64,000 nt of DNA from Lentisphaeria bacterium (GCA_017615635.1 JAFZZR010000062.1:12123-76122), one strand, 5' to 3'. Counted from the first letter of the stretch, positions 18,045 through 27,655 are shown. Program-made: numbers and translations. The notes: generated from the letters alone by a model not told the origin.

Positions 18045-18320
18045 ATGATAAAGAGTTTCAGAGACAAGGAGACAGAGGCGGTTTTCAACGGGAATCGTTC
18101 CCGAAAACTGCCGGGCGATATACAAGTTTCGGCGCAGAAAAAATTGTGGCTTCTGGACGCAGTAACTGCTCCGGAAGAATTGAGAAATCTGCCAGGGAAC
18201 CGCTTCGAGGCATTGAACGGGCGCCCGGGATTTTACAGTATCCGGGTCAACGCCCAATGGCGCGTCACGTTTTCATGGAACGACGGCGCGGAGAACGTCA
18301 AGATAGAAGATTATCATTGA
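18045..18320 (+). CDS. higB: HigB-type (RelE/ParE superfamily) toxin
   Basis: MIKSFRDKETEAVFNG...KLPGDIQVSAQKKLWLLDAV...LPGNRFEALNG...YSIRVNAQWRVTF is the classic HigB 'killer protein' pattern. Toxin-first gene order. Confidence 0.85.
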   Translation: MIKSFRDKETEAVFNGNRSRKLPGDIQVSAQKKLWLLDAVTAPEELRNLPGNRFEALNGRPGFYSIRVNAQWRVTFSWNDGAENVKIEDYH

Positions 18321-18334
18321 AACGGAGGAAAATC

Positions 18335-18667
18335 ATGGCAAACGAAGAAAAATATCTTCCGCCAATCCATCCCGGCGAGATACTGAAAACAGAATTTCTG
18401 GAGCCCCTGAATCTTTCGCAGAACAGACTGGCAAAGGAGATCGGAGTACCTCCGCGCCGCATCAACGAAATCGTCCACGGCAAGAGGGCGATCACGGCGG
18501 ATACGGCCTTGCGGTTCAGTAAATTTTTCGGGACGACGGCGCAGCTTTGGCTGAATCTGCAGTCTCATTATGAACTTGACTGCATCCTCTATGCCGAGCG
18601 AACCGGAAAAACCAAACGGTTCGATTCCATCAAACGATTCATCCCCAAGGTCGCCGCGGTTCTGTAA
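18335..18667 (+). CDS. higA: HigA-type HTH (XRE) antitoxin
   Basis: PIHPGEILKTEFLEPLNLSQNRLAKEIGVPPRRINEIVHGKRAITADTALRFSKFFGTTAQLWLNLQ. GGAGGAA RBS at 18325-18331. Starts 14 nt after higB. Confidence 0.9.
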   Translation: MANEEKYLPPIHPGEILKTEFLEPLNLSQNRLAKEIGVPPRRINEIVHGKRAITADTALRFSKFFGTTAQLWLNLQSHYELDCILYAERTGKTKRFDSIKRFIPKVAAVL

Positions 18668-18861
18668 TTCCCGCCATTCCGCCGACTCCGGTCTTTCCGG
18701 GAAAACGGATCGTTCCGGCGGCAAAGATATGCGCTTCCGTCATTGCGAAACGGCTTGAAAAACGGGGGAAAGAGGTTATAGTAATGCCCCGCGGGAATTC
18801 CCGGGAGGCCTGTCCGTGTCTCGTTTTCCGCCGGGCCTGCAAAACAAGAGGATATTTTTAC

Positions 18862-20106
18862 ATGAAAATTGCGCATTACGACCAGATCATTACCCCGGAA
18901 GTCGGAGAGCCCGCCGCGGGATACGGCGTCAACGACGTTACGGTCCGGATCCACGACGACCTGAAAGTCTCCATTCTGCTGCTGGATGACGGCGAAACGA
19001 AAGGGGCGGTTCTGGGTTACGATCTGCTGGGACTGGACGAGCCGTTCATCAAAAAGATCCGGCGCGATACCGCCGATCGTCTTGGGTGTCCGGAAGCCAA
19101 CGTGATCTTGAGCTGCACGCACACGCACAGCGGCCCGCATTCGCGCTCGCTGGGACGCAGTCCCGCCAACATGGAATACATCAAGAAGCTCTACGGCTGG
19201 ACGGCGGAGGGCGTGGAGAAGGCGCTCTCCGAGTGGCACGAGGCGGATGTGTATTTCTACTCGACGAAATGCGATCAGAATTACAACCGCCGTTATGTGG
19301 ACGGATCCAACCGCTGCAAGTTTCTGCCGCACTACCGTTCGCTGGAACCCATCGGCCGGGAATTCGTCGATCAGGAACTGGGGATGCTGATTTTCACGCT
19401 GCCGAAAACGGGACATCCCCTGGGCGTGCTGATGAATTTTGCGGCGCATCCGCTGGCTTCGCATTCGCCGGGCCTGGGCGCGCATCAGATCTCCGCCGAC
19501 TATCCGGGCGAGATCCGGAAGATCATGGAGGACAATACCTGCTGGTGTGTGTTCGTGGACGGTGCGGCAGGGGATCAGTTTCCGAAAGACTCCGAATGCG
19601 GCTGGGAGAGCGTGCACAAATGCGCGTCCGGGATCGTGGTGGAGGCGATCCGCGGCATCTGCGATGCCTGCCGGAACAAGGATCTGTACCGGATCGAGGA
19701 GCCGAAGATCCGAGCGTCCATCGAGACAGTCACGCTGAAGCTGAGGCGCGATCAGCAGGCGAAACGCGAGGAGATGCCCGTCTACGCAGGAAAACGGGAA
19801 ACCGAGGCGGAGATCCAGCTGTTCGCCGTGGGTGACGTCTGCCTGGTGGGCGTGCCCGGCGAGATGCTGGCGGAGATCGGTCAGGAGATCAAATGGCATT
19901 CGCCCTACCGGCGGACGTTCATTCTGTACAATTCCACGGCGTATCTTTCCTATCTGCCTCATGCAGCCGCATACGTTGCGGGCGGATACGAATCGGCGGT
20001 GAACTCCGCCTATATACAGCCTTTCGAATCGCTGAAACTGATCAATACCGCGGTGGAGGGGATGCGCAAACTGCACGGCCCCATGCCGGAAGAACTGGAA
20101 AGCTGA
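18862..20106 (+). CDS. Neutral/alkaline ceramidase N-terminal-domain-like hydrolase (function uncertain)
   Basis: Start at MKIAHYDQIITPEVGEPAAGYG. Blocks DDLKVSILLLDDG and ILSCTHTHSGPHS resemble the ceramidase-like family. Confidence 0.6.
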   Translation: MKIAHYDQIITPEVGEPAAGYGVNDVTVRIHDDLKVSILLLDDGETKGAVLGYDLLGLDEPFIKKIRRDTADRLGCPEANVILSCTHTHSGPHSRSLGRSPANMEYIKKLYGWTAEGVEKALSEWHEADVYFYSTKCDQNYNRRYVDGSNRCKFLPHYRSLEPIGREFVDQELGMLIFTLPKTGHPLGVLMNFAAHPLASHSPGLGAHQISADYPGEIRKIMEDNTCWCVFVDGAAGDQFPKDSECGWESVHKCASGIVVEAIRGICDACRNKDLYRIEEPKIRASIETVTLKLRRDQQAKREEMPVYAGKRETEAEIQLFAVGDVCLVGVPGEMLAEIGQEIKWHSPYRRTFILYNSTAYLSYLPHAAAYVAGGYESAVNSAYIQPFESLKLINTAVEGMRKLHGPMPEELES

Positions 20107-20122
20107 AAGGAGAAGCCCTATC

Positions 20123-21208
20123 ATGAATAATCCGTTCAAAAATCTGCCCGCCTCGCGGGAACTTCACTCTTCCCCCAGTCTCCGCCGGTACGAGGGAAAT
20201 CCCATTCTCACGGCGAAGGACGTTCCCTATGAGGCTGACTACGTATTCAATGCGGGCGTGGCTTTTTATCACGGCGAATACTTCATTGCGCCCCGCATAG
20301 ACTGCCACAACAAGAACTACCGTCCCGGCGACGCCCGGATGAGCAGCATCGGCACCGGCTTCGGACGCAGCGCCGACGGCATCCACTTCACCATGGAGCC
20401 GGAGAAGATCCGTGTGCACTATCACGGAGAGATCCTGCCCTGGGTCTGCGATGCCCGGCTGACGGTGCTGGAGGATCAGCTGTATTTGAGTTTCTGCTTC
20501 GAGAATCAGCATTCGGAGCGGCCTGGCATTGCCCGCTGGCGCGGAACGGGGACCGATTTCGACGCCGTCTGCGTGGGCGTCCCCCAGCAGCGCAACATGA
20601 TCCTGTGCCCGTTCAAGAAAGACGGACTCTACATGCGTCTGGAGCGTCCTTCCAACCAGTGGCAGGATCCGTTCCACATCTGGTACAGTCTCTCGCCCGA
20701 TCTGCGCTACTGGGGCGATTCCGAGCTCCTCCTCGGCTGCGAGGACGTTCCCTTCGCCAACAAGAAGATCGGAGGCGGCGCCCCCATGCTGGAGCTGCCC
20801 GAGGGATATCTGCTGATCTTCCACTCCGTCGATGACGATCCGAAGCGTATGGTGACCTTCCCGGACGGGAGGACCTGGTCCAAACGCTATACCTCCGGAG
20901 CGGCGCTCTTCGACCGGAACGATCCGACGAAGCTGATCGCCATTACGAAGTCTCCGCTGATCGTGGCGGAGGCTCCATACGAGACCGGCGACCTGGAAAA
21001 GCTGTGGGTCGAGTTCACCGTCTTTCCCTGCGGCGCCGTGCCCGTCAACAACGGCCGGACCCTCCGGATCTACTACGGGGCGGGCGACTGCAACACCAAT
21101 ATCGCGGAAATCGATTTTGCCGATCTGATGCGTGAGCTTACGCCGTGCTCGCGTCTGGCCGAACGGGCCACGATCCCCTTCCGTCTCGAAGACTGGAAGA
21201 AGAACTGA
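20123..21208 (+). CDS. GH130-family glycoside phosphorylase/hydrolase (beta-mannoside-type)
   Basis: NPILTAKDVPYEADYVFNAGVAFYHGEYFIAPR ... IYYGAGDCNTNIAEIDFADLM, a typical GH130 five-bladed propeller pattern. Confidence 0.8.
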   Translation: MNNPFKNLPASRELHSSPSLRRYEGNPILTAKDVPYEADYVFNAGVAFYHGEYFIAPRIDCHNKNYRPGDARMSSIGTGFGRSADGIHFTMEPEKIRVHYHGEILPWVCDARLTVLEDQLYLSFCFENQHSERPGIARWRGTGTDFDAVCVGVPQQRNMILCPFKKDGLYMRLERPSNQWQDPFHIWYSLSPDLRYWGDSELLLGCEDVPFANKKIGGGAPMLELPEGYLLIFHSVDDDPKRMVTFPDGRTWSKRYTSGAALFDRNDPTKLIAITKSPLIVAEAPYETGDLEKLWVEFTVFPCGAVPVNNGRTLRIYYGAGDCNTNIAEIDFADLMRELTPCSRLAERATIPFRLEDWKKN

Positions 21209-21345
21209 GGATCGCGGATCCGGCGGACGCGCCGTGCGGAGCGAGACATATTTTTGCGTGCCGGACGGTGAAAGCCCGATCCGCAGGTTGAAAAACCGCG
21301 GATTTGTGGTATGTTTACGCGTTGATTCACAAATGGAGTTGTATC

Positions 21346-22446
21346 ATGGGTTTTGCTTGCGGTTTCGTTGGATTGCCGAATGTCGGCAAATCGACCTTGT
21401 TCAATGCTCTTTCGCACGGCGGCGCGGCCGCGGCGAACTTCCCCTTCTGCACCATTGAGCCGAACACGGGGATCGTCCCGGTCCCGGATCCGCGGGTGAA
21501 CAAGCTGGCGGAGCTGGAGAAATCGGCAAAAATCGTGCCGGCGTCCATGAAGTTCATCGATATCGCGGGACTGGTGGAGGGCGCCAGCAAAGGGGAGGGC
21601 CTGGGCAATCAGTTTCTCGGACATATCCGGGGCGTCGACGCCGTGGCCCATGTGGTGCGCCTCTTTTCCGATTCCGATGTGGTCCACGTGAACAGCTCCA
21701 TAGATCCGTCGCGCGACCTGGAACTGATTCTGACGGAGCTGATGCTGGCCGACATGGATTTTCTGCAGCGGCGCGAGGAAAAGACAAAGAAGATGCTCCG
21801 GGCAGGCGATCCGGAAACGAAAGCGGAGTGGGAGCTCGCGCAATCGTTCCTGGCCTCCCTTTCCGAGGGCAGGATCCCGGAGTACGACCGCGAAGATCCG
21901 TCTGTCCGCCGGATCGCCGAATCCTTTCAGCTTCTCTCCACCATGCCCGCCTTCGTCTGCGCCAATACCGACGAGGAGGCGTTCCGTTCCTTCGGGAAGG
22001 ATGAGATGTCGCGCCGTCTGATCGAGACCGCGGCGAAGCACCACATGGAGGTGGTTCCCGTCTGCGCCAAACTGGAGGAGGAACTGGGCGCCATGCCGCC
22101 GGAGGACGCCAAGATCTTTCTGGAGGATCTGGGCGTTGAGGAAAGCGGTCTGGAGCGGGTGATCCGCACCGGATACCGTCTTCTGGATTACATCACCTTC
22201 TTCACCACGGGGCCGGACGAGACCCGGGCCTGGACCATTACCCGGGGGACGGCTGCGCCCGATGCGGCGGGGAAGATCCACACGGATATGAAGAGAGGCT
22301 TCATCCGTATGGAGGTGGAGTCGTACGAAGAGCTGATCGGCCACGGCGGCTGGAACGAGGCCAAGCTGGCGGGCAAGCTCCGGATCGAAGGGAAGGAATA
22401 CATTGTCCAGGACGGCGACTGCGTGTTTGTGCGATTCTCCGTCTGA
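21346..22446 (+). CDS. ychF: Ribosome-binding ATPase YchF (Obg-like)
   Basis: MGFACGFVGLPNVGKSTLFNAL...FPFCTIEPNTGIVPVPD...DIAGLVEGASKGEGLGNQFL... and a C-terminal TGS-like KEYIVQDGDCVFVRF. Confidence 0.95.
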   Translation: MGFACGFVGLPNVGKSTLFNALSHGGAAAANFPFCTIEPNTGIVPVPDPRVNKLAELEKSAKIVPASMKFIDIAGLVEGASKGEGLGNQFLGHIRGVDAVAHVVRLFSDSDVVHVNSSIDPSRDLELILTELMLADMDFLQRREEKTKKMLRAGDPETKAEWELAQSFLASLSEGRIPEYDREDPSVRRIAESFQLLSTMPAFVCANTDEEAFRSFGKDEMSRRLIETAAKHHMEVVPVCAKLEEELGAMPPEDAKIFLEDLGVEESGLERVIRTGYRLLDYITFFTTGPDETRAWTITRGTAAPDAAGKIHTDMKRGFIRMEVESYEELIGHGGWNEAKLAGKLRIEGKEYIVQDGDCVFVRFSV

Positions 22447-22492
22447 AACTCTGTAACGAATGCGCGACGAGGCGGAAAGGGGCGAACCGGAA

Positions 22493-24328
22493 ATGCGTCT
22501 CATGAGAATCTTCCTCCTTTTCTTTGTTTTCACGCTGGCGGGATCCCTGTCCGCGGAAGACGGTCTGCCTGTTACGCGCAGCATCTGTCTTCTCAAAAGC
22601 GAGCAGGGGAGCGGGTCCGGCTTTTTTGCCTCGTTTGCGGGGATGGATGTGGTTTTCACCAATAATCATGTGATTCTGGGAATGGAGGATGTCCGCATAT
22701 ACGACATCAATGGGCACGAATACGCATACGACAAAATCTATTCCTCGCCTGAAAGAGATCTTGCGGTGATCCCCGTTCAACGGACGAATCACGCCACCAT
22801 GCCGAATCTGAAAATCTCCGGGAATCCGGATATGCTGCATCCCGGCGCGAACGTCTCCGCGTACGGTGACAGCCTGGGAGACGGCGTCATCGTCGAAGTC
22901 AAGGGCTCCTTCCAGGGGATCGGCCCGCAGACCATCGAGGTAAGTTCGCCATTTGTCCCGGGAAACAGCGGCGGTCCGGTGTTGGAGAAAGAATCCCGAA
23001 CGGTGATCGGTGTTGCCACGTACTGCCGGATCATCCGGGGAAACAGTGAGATATTGACCGGTTCGCGGTTTGCTTCGAAGTCATCCTACAAGCCGGCGGT
23101 CCGACGGTTCGCCACCCGGATCGACAACGTGACGCCGGACGATTTTGAACTTGTCACGAAAGAACAAGTGAAGGAAGATCAGGAGAAATACAGACCGTTC
23201 GCCCGGGCGTATGATTTCATCATGGAGAGTCTTCGCGGGCCGAATATTTTTACGGCCCGGGAAAGGATCATAGAGTATTTCAAAACGCATTCGCAGTTCG
23301 AAACGGGCGGGAAATGGCATACCACCTACCTGAAAAAGGATGCGATGGAAAAATGGACATTCATCAAAAACATCCTCGATTTCCTCCGGTCCGACGCTTC
23401 GTTTTCGCCGCAGAATGTCGAATCCGTATCCGAGAAGGAGGACATCCGGCATATCTGGCGGGAGTACAGCTCATCCATCACCGTGAAGAAAAAGAAGCCG
23501 GTCACGATGAAATGTCCCGCGTGCGACGGCGCCGGGAAGGTCAAGGAAAAACTTTCTGAGCAGGAAATACGGATGAACGCGAAGAAAATGCGTCCGACCT
23601 ACAAGATGGTCGTATGCGATGTGTGCCGGGGAAAACAGTCGTTTACCTTTTGCGGGGATGATGAATACTTTGTTGCTCCTCCTCCGTTTTTCGATAAAAT
23701 GGCCGAAAAAATCAGACCGATGCCGAAGAAAGTCATGGGATTCGGCATCGGCGGGGGCGTGCCGGATCTGGAGACCGTTTTTAACAGCTTCTACAGTAAA
23801 AGGAAGCGGAAAATTTCCAGGACCGGGATATTTACCGTGTACAGTTACAGGGGCAATCACAAGGATAAGGACGCCGCGGAAACAAGACTCTGGTTCATGG
23901 GCGGGATCCTGATGCGCGTCGACTTGTTTTATCCCGTACGGGACAGATCTTTCATCGAAACCGTGTTTCAGGATCTCGTCCGGGATTTCGGCGAGGATGT
24001 GCCGTTTTATTTCAATGTGATTCGGAAGACCTTGACATGGGATGAGATCCGGCAGTTATTCCTGAAGCAGAGAAGGAACGGTCTGCTGGTCGAACATGTG
24101 AAGATCGCGTACAAAAACGATCCCTTCGGCGTGTACTGTCTGCCTGGGAAAAATCAGATCCGCAAGATCAGTTTCTACGATGACTACGGCGGGGTTTATT
24201 ACGACAGGAACGGAGTCGCCAACAAAACGGAAGAACCTCTGTACTTCTGCGTTTCCTTTATCCACACACTCTTCGAAACGTGTTCGGATCTGAGACCGCC
24301 GAAGACGCAGGGCGGCCGATTCGATTAA
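22493..24328 (+). CDS. Secreted trypsin-like (S1/Trypsin_2) serine protease with DnaJ-type zinc finger and unknown C-terminal domain
   Basis: Signal peptide MRLMRIFLLFFVFTLAGSLSA. Catalytic triad context TNNHVI / RDLAVIPV / GNSGGPV. CPACDGAGKV...CDVCRGKQ at nt 23513-23638. Confidence 0.8.
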   Translation: MRLMRIFLLFFVFTLAGSLSAEDGLPVTRSICLLKSEQGSGSGFFASFAGMDVVFTNNHVILGMEDVRIYDINGHEYAYDKIYSSPERDLAVIPVQRTNHATMPNLKISGNPDMLHPGANVSAYGDSLGDGVIVEVKGSFQGIGPQTIEVSSPFVPGNSGGPVLEKESRTVIGVATYCRIIRGNSEILTGSRFASKSSYKPAVRRFATRIDNVTPDDFELVTKEQVKEDQEKYRPFARAYDFIMESLRGPNIFTARERIIEYFKTHSQFETGGKWHTTYLKKDAMEKWTFIKNILDFLRSDASFSPQNVESVSEKEDIRHIWREYSSSITVKKKKPVTMKCPACDGAGKVKEKLSEQEIRMNAKKMRPTYKMVVCDVCRGKQSFTFCGDDEYFVAPPPFFDKMAEKIRPMPKKVMGFGIGGGVPDLETVFNSFYSKRKRKISRTGIFTVYSYRGNHKDKDAAETRLWFMGGILMRVDLFYPVRDRSFIETVFQDLVRDFGEDVPFYFNVIRKTLTWDEIRQLFLKQRRNGLLVEHVKIAYKNDPFGVYCLPGKNQIRKISFYDDYGGVYYDRNGVANKTEEPLYFCVSFIHTLFETCSDLRPPKTQGGRFD

Positions 24329-24357
24329 AACCGGATCCCGCCGCGTCTCCCCGGAAA

Positions 24358-25497
24358 TCAGAGGCGTGATTTGAAGTCGTCGTAGGAGAAGGTGCGAACG
24401 ATCCGGAAACTGGAATCTTCCGGATCGAACGTGGCCAGCGAGGGCAGCGCAAGGCCGTTGAAGGTATTGGTCTTCACCATGGAATAGATGGCCATGTCCA
24501 GCAGCTCGATCCGGTCGCCCGGCTTCAGCGGACGGGGAAACGAATAGTCCCCGATGACGTCGCCCGCCAGACAGGAGTGTCCCGCCAGACGGTAGAGGCA
24601 GGGGAACTCTCCGGGCTTGCCGGCGCCGGCGATCTCCGGGCGGTATGGCATTTCCAGGACATCGGGCATGTGGCATTCGGCGGAGACGTTGAGAATGGCG
24701 ATGGGACGTTCGTTGAAGGTGACGTCCAGGACTTCGCCGATCAGGGAGCCGGCATTGAGAGCCACGGCCTCGCCCGGTTCCAGGTAGACTTCGGTATGAT
24801 ACTTTGCGCGGAAACGGTCGATGATCCGGCAGAGGAGATCCAGATCGTAATCGTTTCTCGTGATATGGTGGCCTCCCCCGAAATTGATCCACTTCATTCC
24901 GGGGATCCAGGGGGCGAAACGCTGTTCGAAACACGCGAGGGTCCGTTCCAGCGCATCGGCATTCTGCTGACACAGAGCATGGAAGTGAAGGCCTTCGATC
25001 TGATCCAGAACCGCATCCTTCATGGTTTCGGCGCGGATCCCCAGGCGTGAGCCGGGCGCGCACGGGGAATAGATCTCCGCAGCCGCCTCGGAGTGTTCCG
25101 GATTGCAGCGGAGTCCGAAGGAGATTTTTCCGGCCAGGCGCCGCATTTCCGGGCGGAAATGCTCCATCTGGGAAAGGGAGTTGAAAACGATATGATCGGA
25201 AAATTCGGCGATCTGTTGGAAATCGGGATCGGAAAACGCGGCGGCGAAGGAGTGGACCTCCCCGCCGAACTCTTCCCGGGCCAGCCGGGCTTCGTTGGGC
25301 GAACTGGCACAGCATCCGTCCAGCGCCGTCCGGAGGAGCGGATAGACGCTGTACATGGAGAAGGCCTTCTGCGCCAGAAGGATCTTTGCACCGGTCCTTT
25401 TCCGGACGGAGTCCAGGACGGCCAGATTATTCCGAATGGCCTCCAGATCGACGACGAAGCAGGGGGCGGGAACGCGATTCAGGTCCAGGTTCCGCAT
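24358..25497 (-). CDS. nspC: Carboxynorspermidine/carboxyspermidine decarboxylase
   Basis: N-terminus PAPCFVVDLEAIRNNLAVLDSVRKRTGAKILLAQKAFSMYSVYPLL and overall length are typical of NspC. Sits directly downstream of the dehydrogenase. Confidence 0.9.
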   Translation of the reverse strand: MRNLDLNRVPAPCFVVDLEAIRNNLAVLDSVRKRTGAKILLAQKAFSMYSVYPLLRTALDGCCASSPNEARLAREEFGGEVHSFAAAFSDPDFQQIAEFSDHIVFNSLSQMEHFRPEMRRLAGKISFGLRCNPEHSEAAAEIYSPCAPGSRLGIRAETMKDAVLDQIEGLHFHALCQQNADALERTLACFEQRFAPWIPGMKWINFGGGHHITRNDYDLDLLCRIIDRFRAKYHTEVYLEPGEAVALNAGSLIGEVLDVTFNERPIAILNVSAECHMPDVLEMPYRPEIAGAGKPGEFPCLYRLAGHSCLAGDVIGDYSFPRPLKPGDRIELLDMAIYSMVKTNTFNGLALPSLATFDPEDSSFRIVRTFSYDDFKSRL

Positions 25498-25504
25498 GAG
25501 GGGA

Positions 25505-26692
25505 TCAGTCGAGGAATTCTTCGGTCCAGGGGAGTCCGTATTCGGGCAGGAGCTTCATGAACGGCTCGGGATCGAACTGTTCCATGTTGAATACGCCTTT
25601 TCCGCTCCAGGTGCCGTTGCCCACCAGCATGGCGCCGATCATGGCGGGCACGCCCGTGGTGTAGGAGACGGCCTGAGAGCCGAGCTCCCGGTAGCAGTCT
25701 TCGTGCCGGCATATGTTGTAGATGTAGTACCGGCGGTCTTTGCCGTCCTTCTTGCCCTTGATGAGGCAGCCGATGCAGGTCTTGCCTTTCGTCAGGGGCC
25801 CGAGGGAGGCGGGATCGGGCAGGAGGGCCTTGAGGAACTGGAGGGGAATGATTTCCGTGCCGTTGTAGAGGACGGGGTCGATCCGTGTCATGCCGACGTT
25901 CTGAAGGACTTCCAGGTGCTTGAGGTAGTTGTCGGAGAAGGTCATCCAGAAGCGGGCCTCCTTCAGGCCTTTCGGCTGAAGGAACTTCGCCAGGGATTCC
26001 AGTTCTTCATGCCAGAGGAGGTACATCTTTTTGGGACCGATCCCGTCGGGAAAATCGAAGGTCTTGCTGAATTCCATGGGCTCGGTCTCGATGAATTCGC
26101 CGTCCTTGTAGTATTTTCCTTTGGCGGTAACTTCCCGGATGTTGATTTCCGGATTGAAGTTCGTGGCGAACGCCTGTCCGTTTTCCGCCGCGTTGGCGTC
26201 GATGATGTCCAGTGTTTCGATGGTGTCGAAATGTTTCTTCATGGCCCAGGCGGTATAGACGTTGGTGACGCCGGGATCGAATCCGCATCCCAGCAGGGCC
26301 ATGATGCCTTTTTCGCGGAAGCGGTCCTGATACGCCCACTGCCAGCTGTATTCGAAATGGGCCACATCCGGCGGCTCGTAGTTGGCCGCGTCAATGTAGT
26401 GGACGCCCGTTTCCAGACAGGCGTCCATGACGTGGAGATCCTGATAGGGCAGCGCGAGATTCAGGACCACGTCCGGTCCGAAACTGCGGATCAGTTCCAC
26501 CAGCTGGGGAACGTTGTCGGCGTCCACCTGCGCCGTGCGGATGGGCCGGGGCGTCTTGGCCGCGATTTTTTTGCATTTTTCTTCATTGCGGCTGGCGAGC
26601 ATGACCTCGCTGAACGCATCTTTTGCCTGCGCGCACTTCCATGCGGCCACGGCGCCGACGCCGCCCGCTCCGATCACCAGGACCTTGGACAT
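25505..26692 (-). CDS. Carboxynorspermidine synthase/dehydrogenase (saccharopine dehydrogenase family)
   Basis: Start at MSKVLVIGAGGVGAVAAWKCAQ (Rossmann fold). Saccharopine-dehydrogenase-like C-terminus. Conserved pairing with nspC. Confidence 0.9.
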   Translation of the reverse strand: MSKVLVIGAGGVGAVAAWKCAQAKDAFSEVMLASRNEEKCKKIAAKTPRPIRTAQVDADNVPQLVELIRSFGPDVVLNLALPYQDLHVMDACLETGVHYIDAANYEPPDVAHFEYSWQWAYQDRFREKGIMALLGCGFDPGVTNVYTAWAMKKHFDTIETLDIIDANAAENGQAFATNFNPEINIREVTAKGKYYKDGEFIETEPMEFSKTFDFPDGIGPKKMYLLWHEELESLAKFLQPKGLKEARFWMTFSDNYLKHLEVLQNVGMTRIDPVLYNGTEIIPLQFLKALLPDPASLGPLTKGKTCIGCLIKGKKDGKDRRYYIYNICRHEDCYRELGSQAVSYTTGVPAMIGAMLVGNGTWSGKGVFNMEQFDPEPFMKLLPEYGLPWTEEFLD

Positions 26693-26783
26693 GGATAATC
26701 CTCCTTCGCATTGCATGTTGGTCTGACCCCATTAGTTTAGCACGATCCGCGGGAAATGCAAGCTGAAAAAGGGGAAAAGTTCG

Positions 26784-26990
26784 TCAGAAAAAAACAAAGA
26801 AAAGGCCCGTCAGGAAAAGAAGCCAGGCCGCCAGACTCAGTGCAAGCCGGCGTTTCCCGATCGCCGACGGCGTCGGCAGCAGACCGCCCGTCCGCGTCCG
26901 CCGGATCTGCTCCAGACGCAGGGAATGAAGCTGCGGATCCGGATACCGGAACATGCGGCTGTCGGGGCGTCCCCGCCGTCGGGTCACCAT
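26784..26990 (-). CDS. Hypothetical 68-aa Arg-rich protein with C-terminal TM segment
   Basis: MVTRRRGRPDS...LALSLAAWLLFLTGLFFVFF. Its ATG (26990-26988) overlaps the stop of the upstream gene (ATGGTGA). Confidence 0.3.
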   Translation of the reverse strand: MVTRRRGRPDSRMFRYPDPQLHSLRLEQIRRTRTGGLLPTPSAIGKRRLALSLAAWLLFLTGLFFVFF

Positions 26991-27655
26991 ACGAACATCC
27001 CGTTGAAGGAGAGAATGATGGCGGCGGCCAGCAGGAGGGCGGAAAAGATCAGAACAGCCAGGACGGGGAAGAAGAAGGCGAAACCGGCCCTTGCCAGCTG
27101 TCCGAAGGAGAGGGAATCGAGGACGGGGAGGATGGAAGACGCATCCGTACTTTTCTCCCCGGATATCTTTTTGCCGGCAAGGATCTCCGTCTGTTCGGAG
27201 ATCCGGAAGAGCTCCAGCCGGAGGTGTTCGATTTTCCGGCATTCGGCGGCGAAGACCGCCTGATCGCCCGGATCCACGGATTCATCCGAGCTTTCCACCG
27301 CTTTCGCAAAATCTTCAAGATTCGCAAGATACCTCCGGATTTTCTCCGATTCCCGCTGGTTCTCCTCCTGACGGTTGCGAAGCGCTTCCGTCTCCCGGGC
27401 GATCCGGGCGGCCAGATCCCGCCGGGTCTTCAGAAAATCCTCATACCGCCGCAGCAGGGCATCTCCCAGAATGGAACCGGACTTCCCCTGCGGTTTCGGA
27501 TTTTCGGGCAGGGGCGGCCGAAACGTGACGGCAGGCGGCACGGAGGGGGAATCCGTTCGTGCGGCACCGACGGGGCGTACCTGGGGTCGGGCAGCCTCGG
27601 CGATTTTTCCGCTTATCTTGTGAAGTCCGTTCATAACGGAGCCGTTGTTCTGCAT
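26984..27655 (-). CDS. Hypothetical coiled-coil protein with C-terminal membrane anchor
   Basis: Start at MQNNGSVMNGL, with AGGTGA RBS 4 nt upstream. Central heptad-like region (RRDLAARIARETEALRNRQEENQRESEKIRRYLANLEDF). C-terminal TM FAFFFPVLAVLIFSALLLAAAIIL. Confidence 0.55.
   Translation of the reverse strand: MQNNGSVMNGLHKISGKIAEAARPQVRPVGAARTDSPSVPPAVTFRPPLPENPKPQGKSGSILGDALLRRYEDFLKTRRDLAARIARETEALRNRQEENQRESEKIRRYLANLEDFAKAVESSDESVDPGDQAVFAAECRKIEHLRLELFRISEQTEILAGKKISGEKSTDASSILPVLDSLSFGQLARAGFAFFFPVLAVLIFSALLLAAAIILSFNGMFVW

Noticed and set aside
18792-18803. Perfect 12-bp palindrome CGGGAATTCCCG upstream of the ceramidase-like gene, a possible operator
   Set aside because: About 15 perfect 12-bp palindromes are expected by chance in 64 kb. 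I saw no second copy and no adjacent regulator or promoter context.
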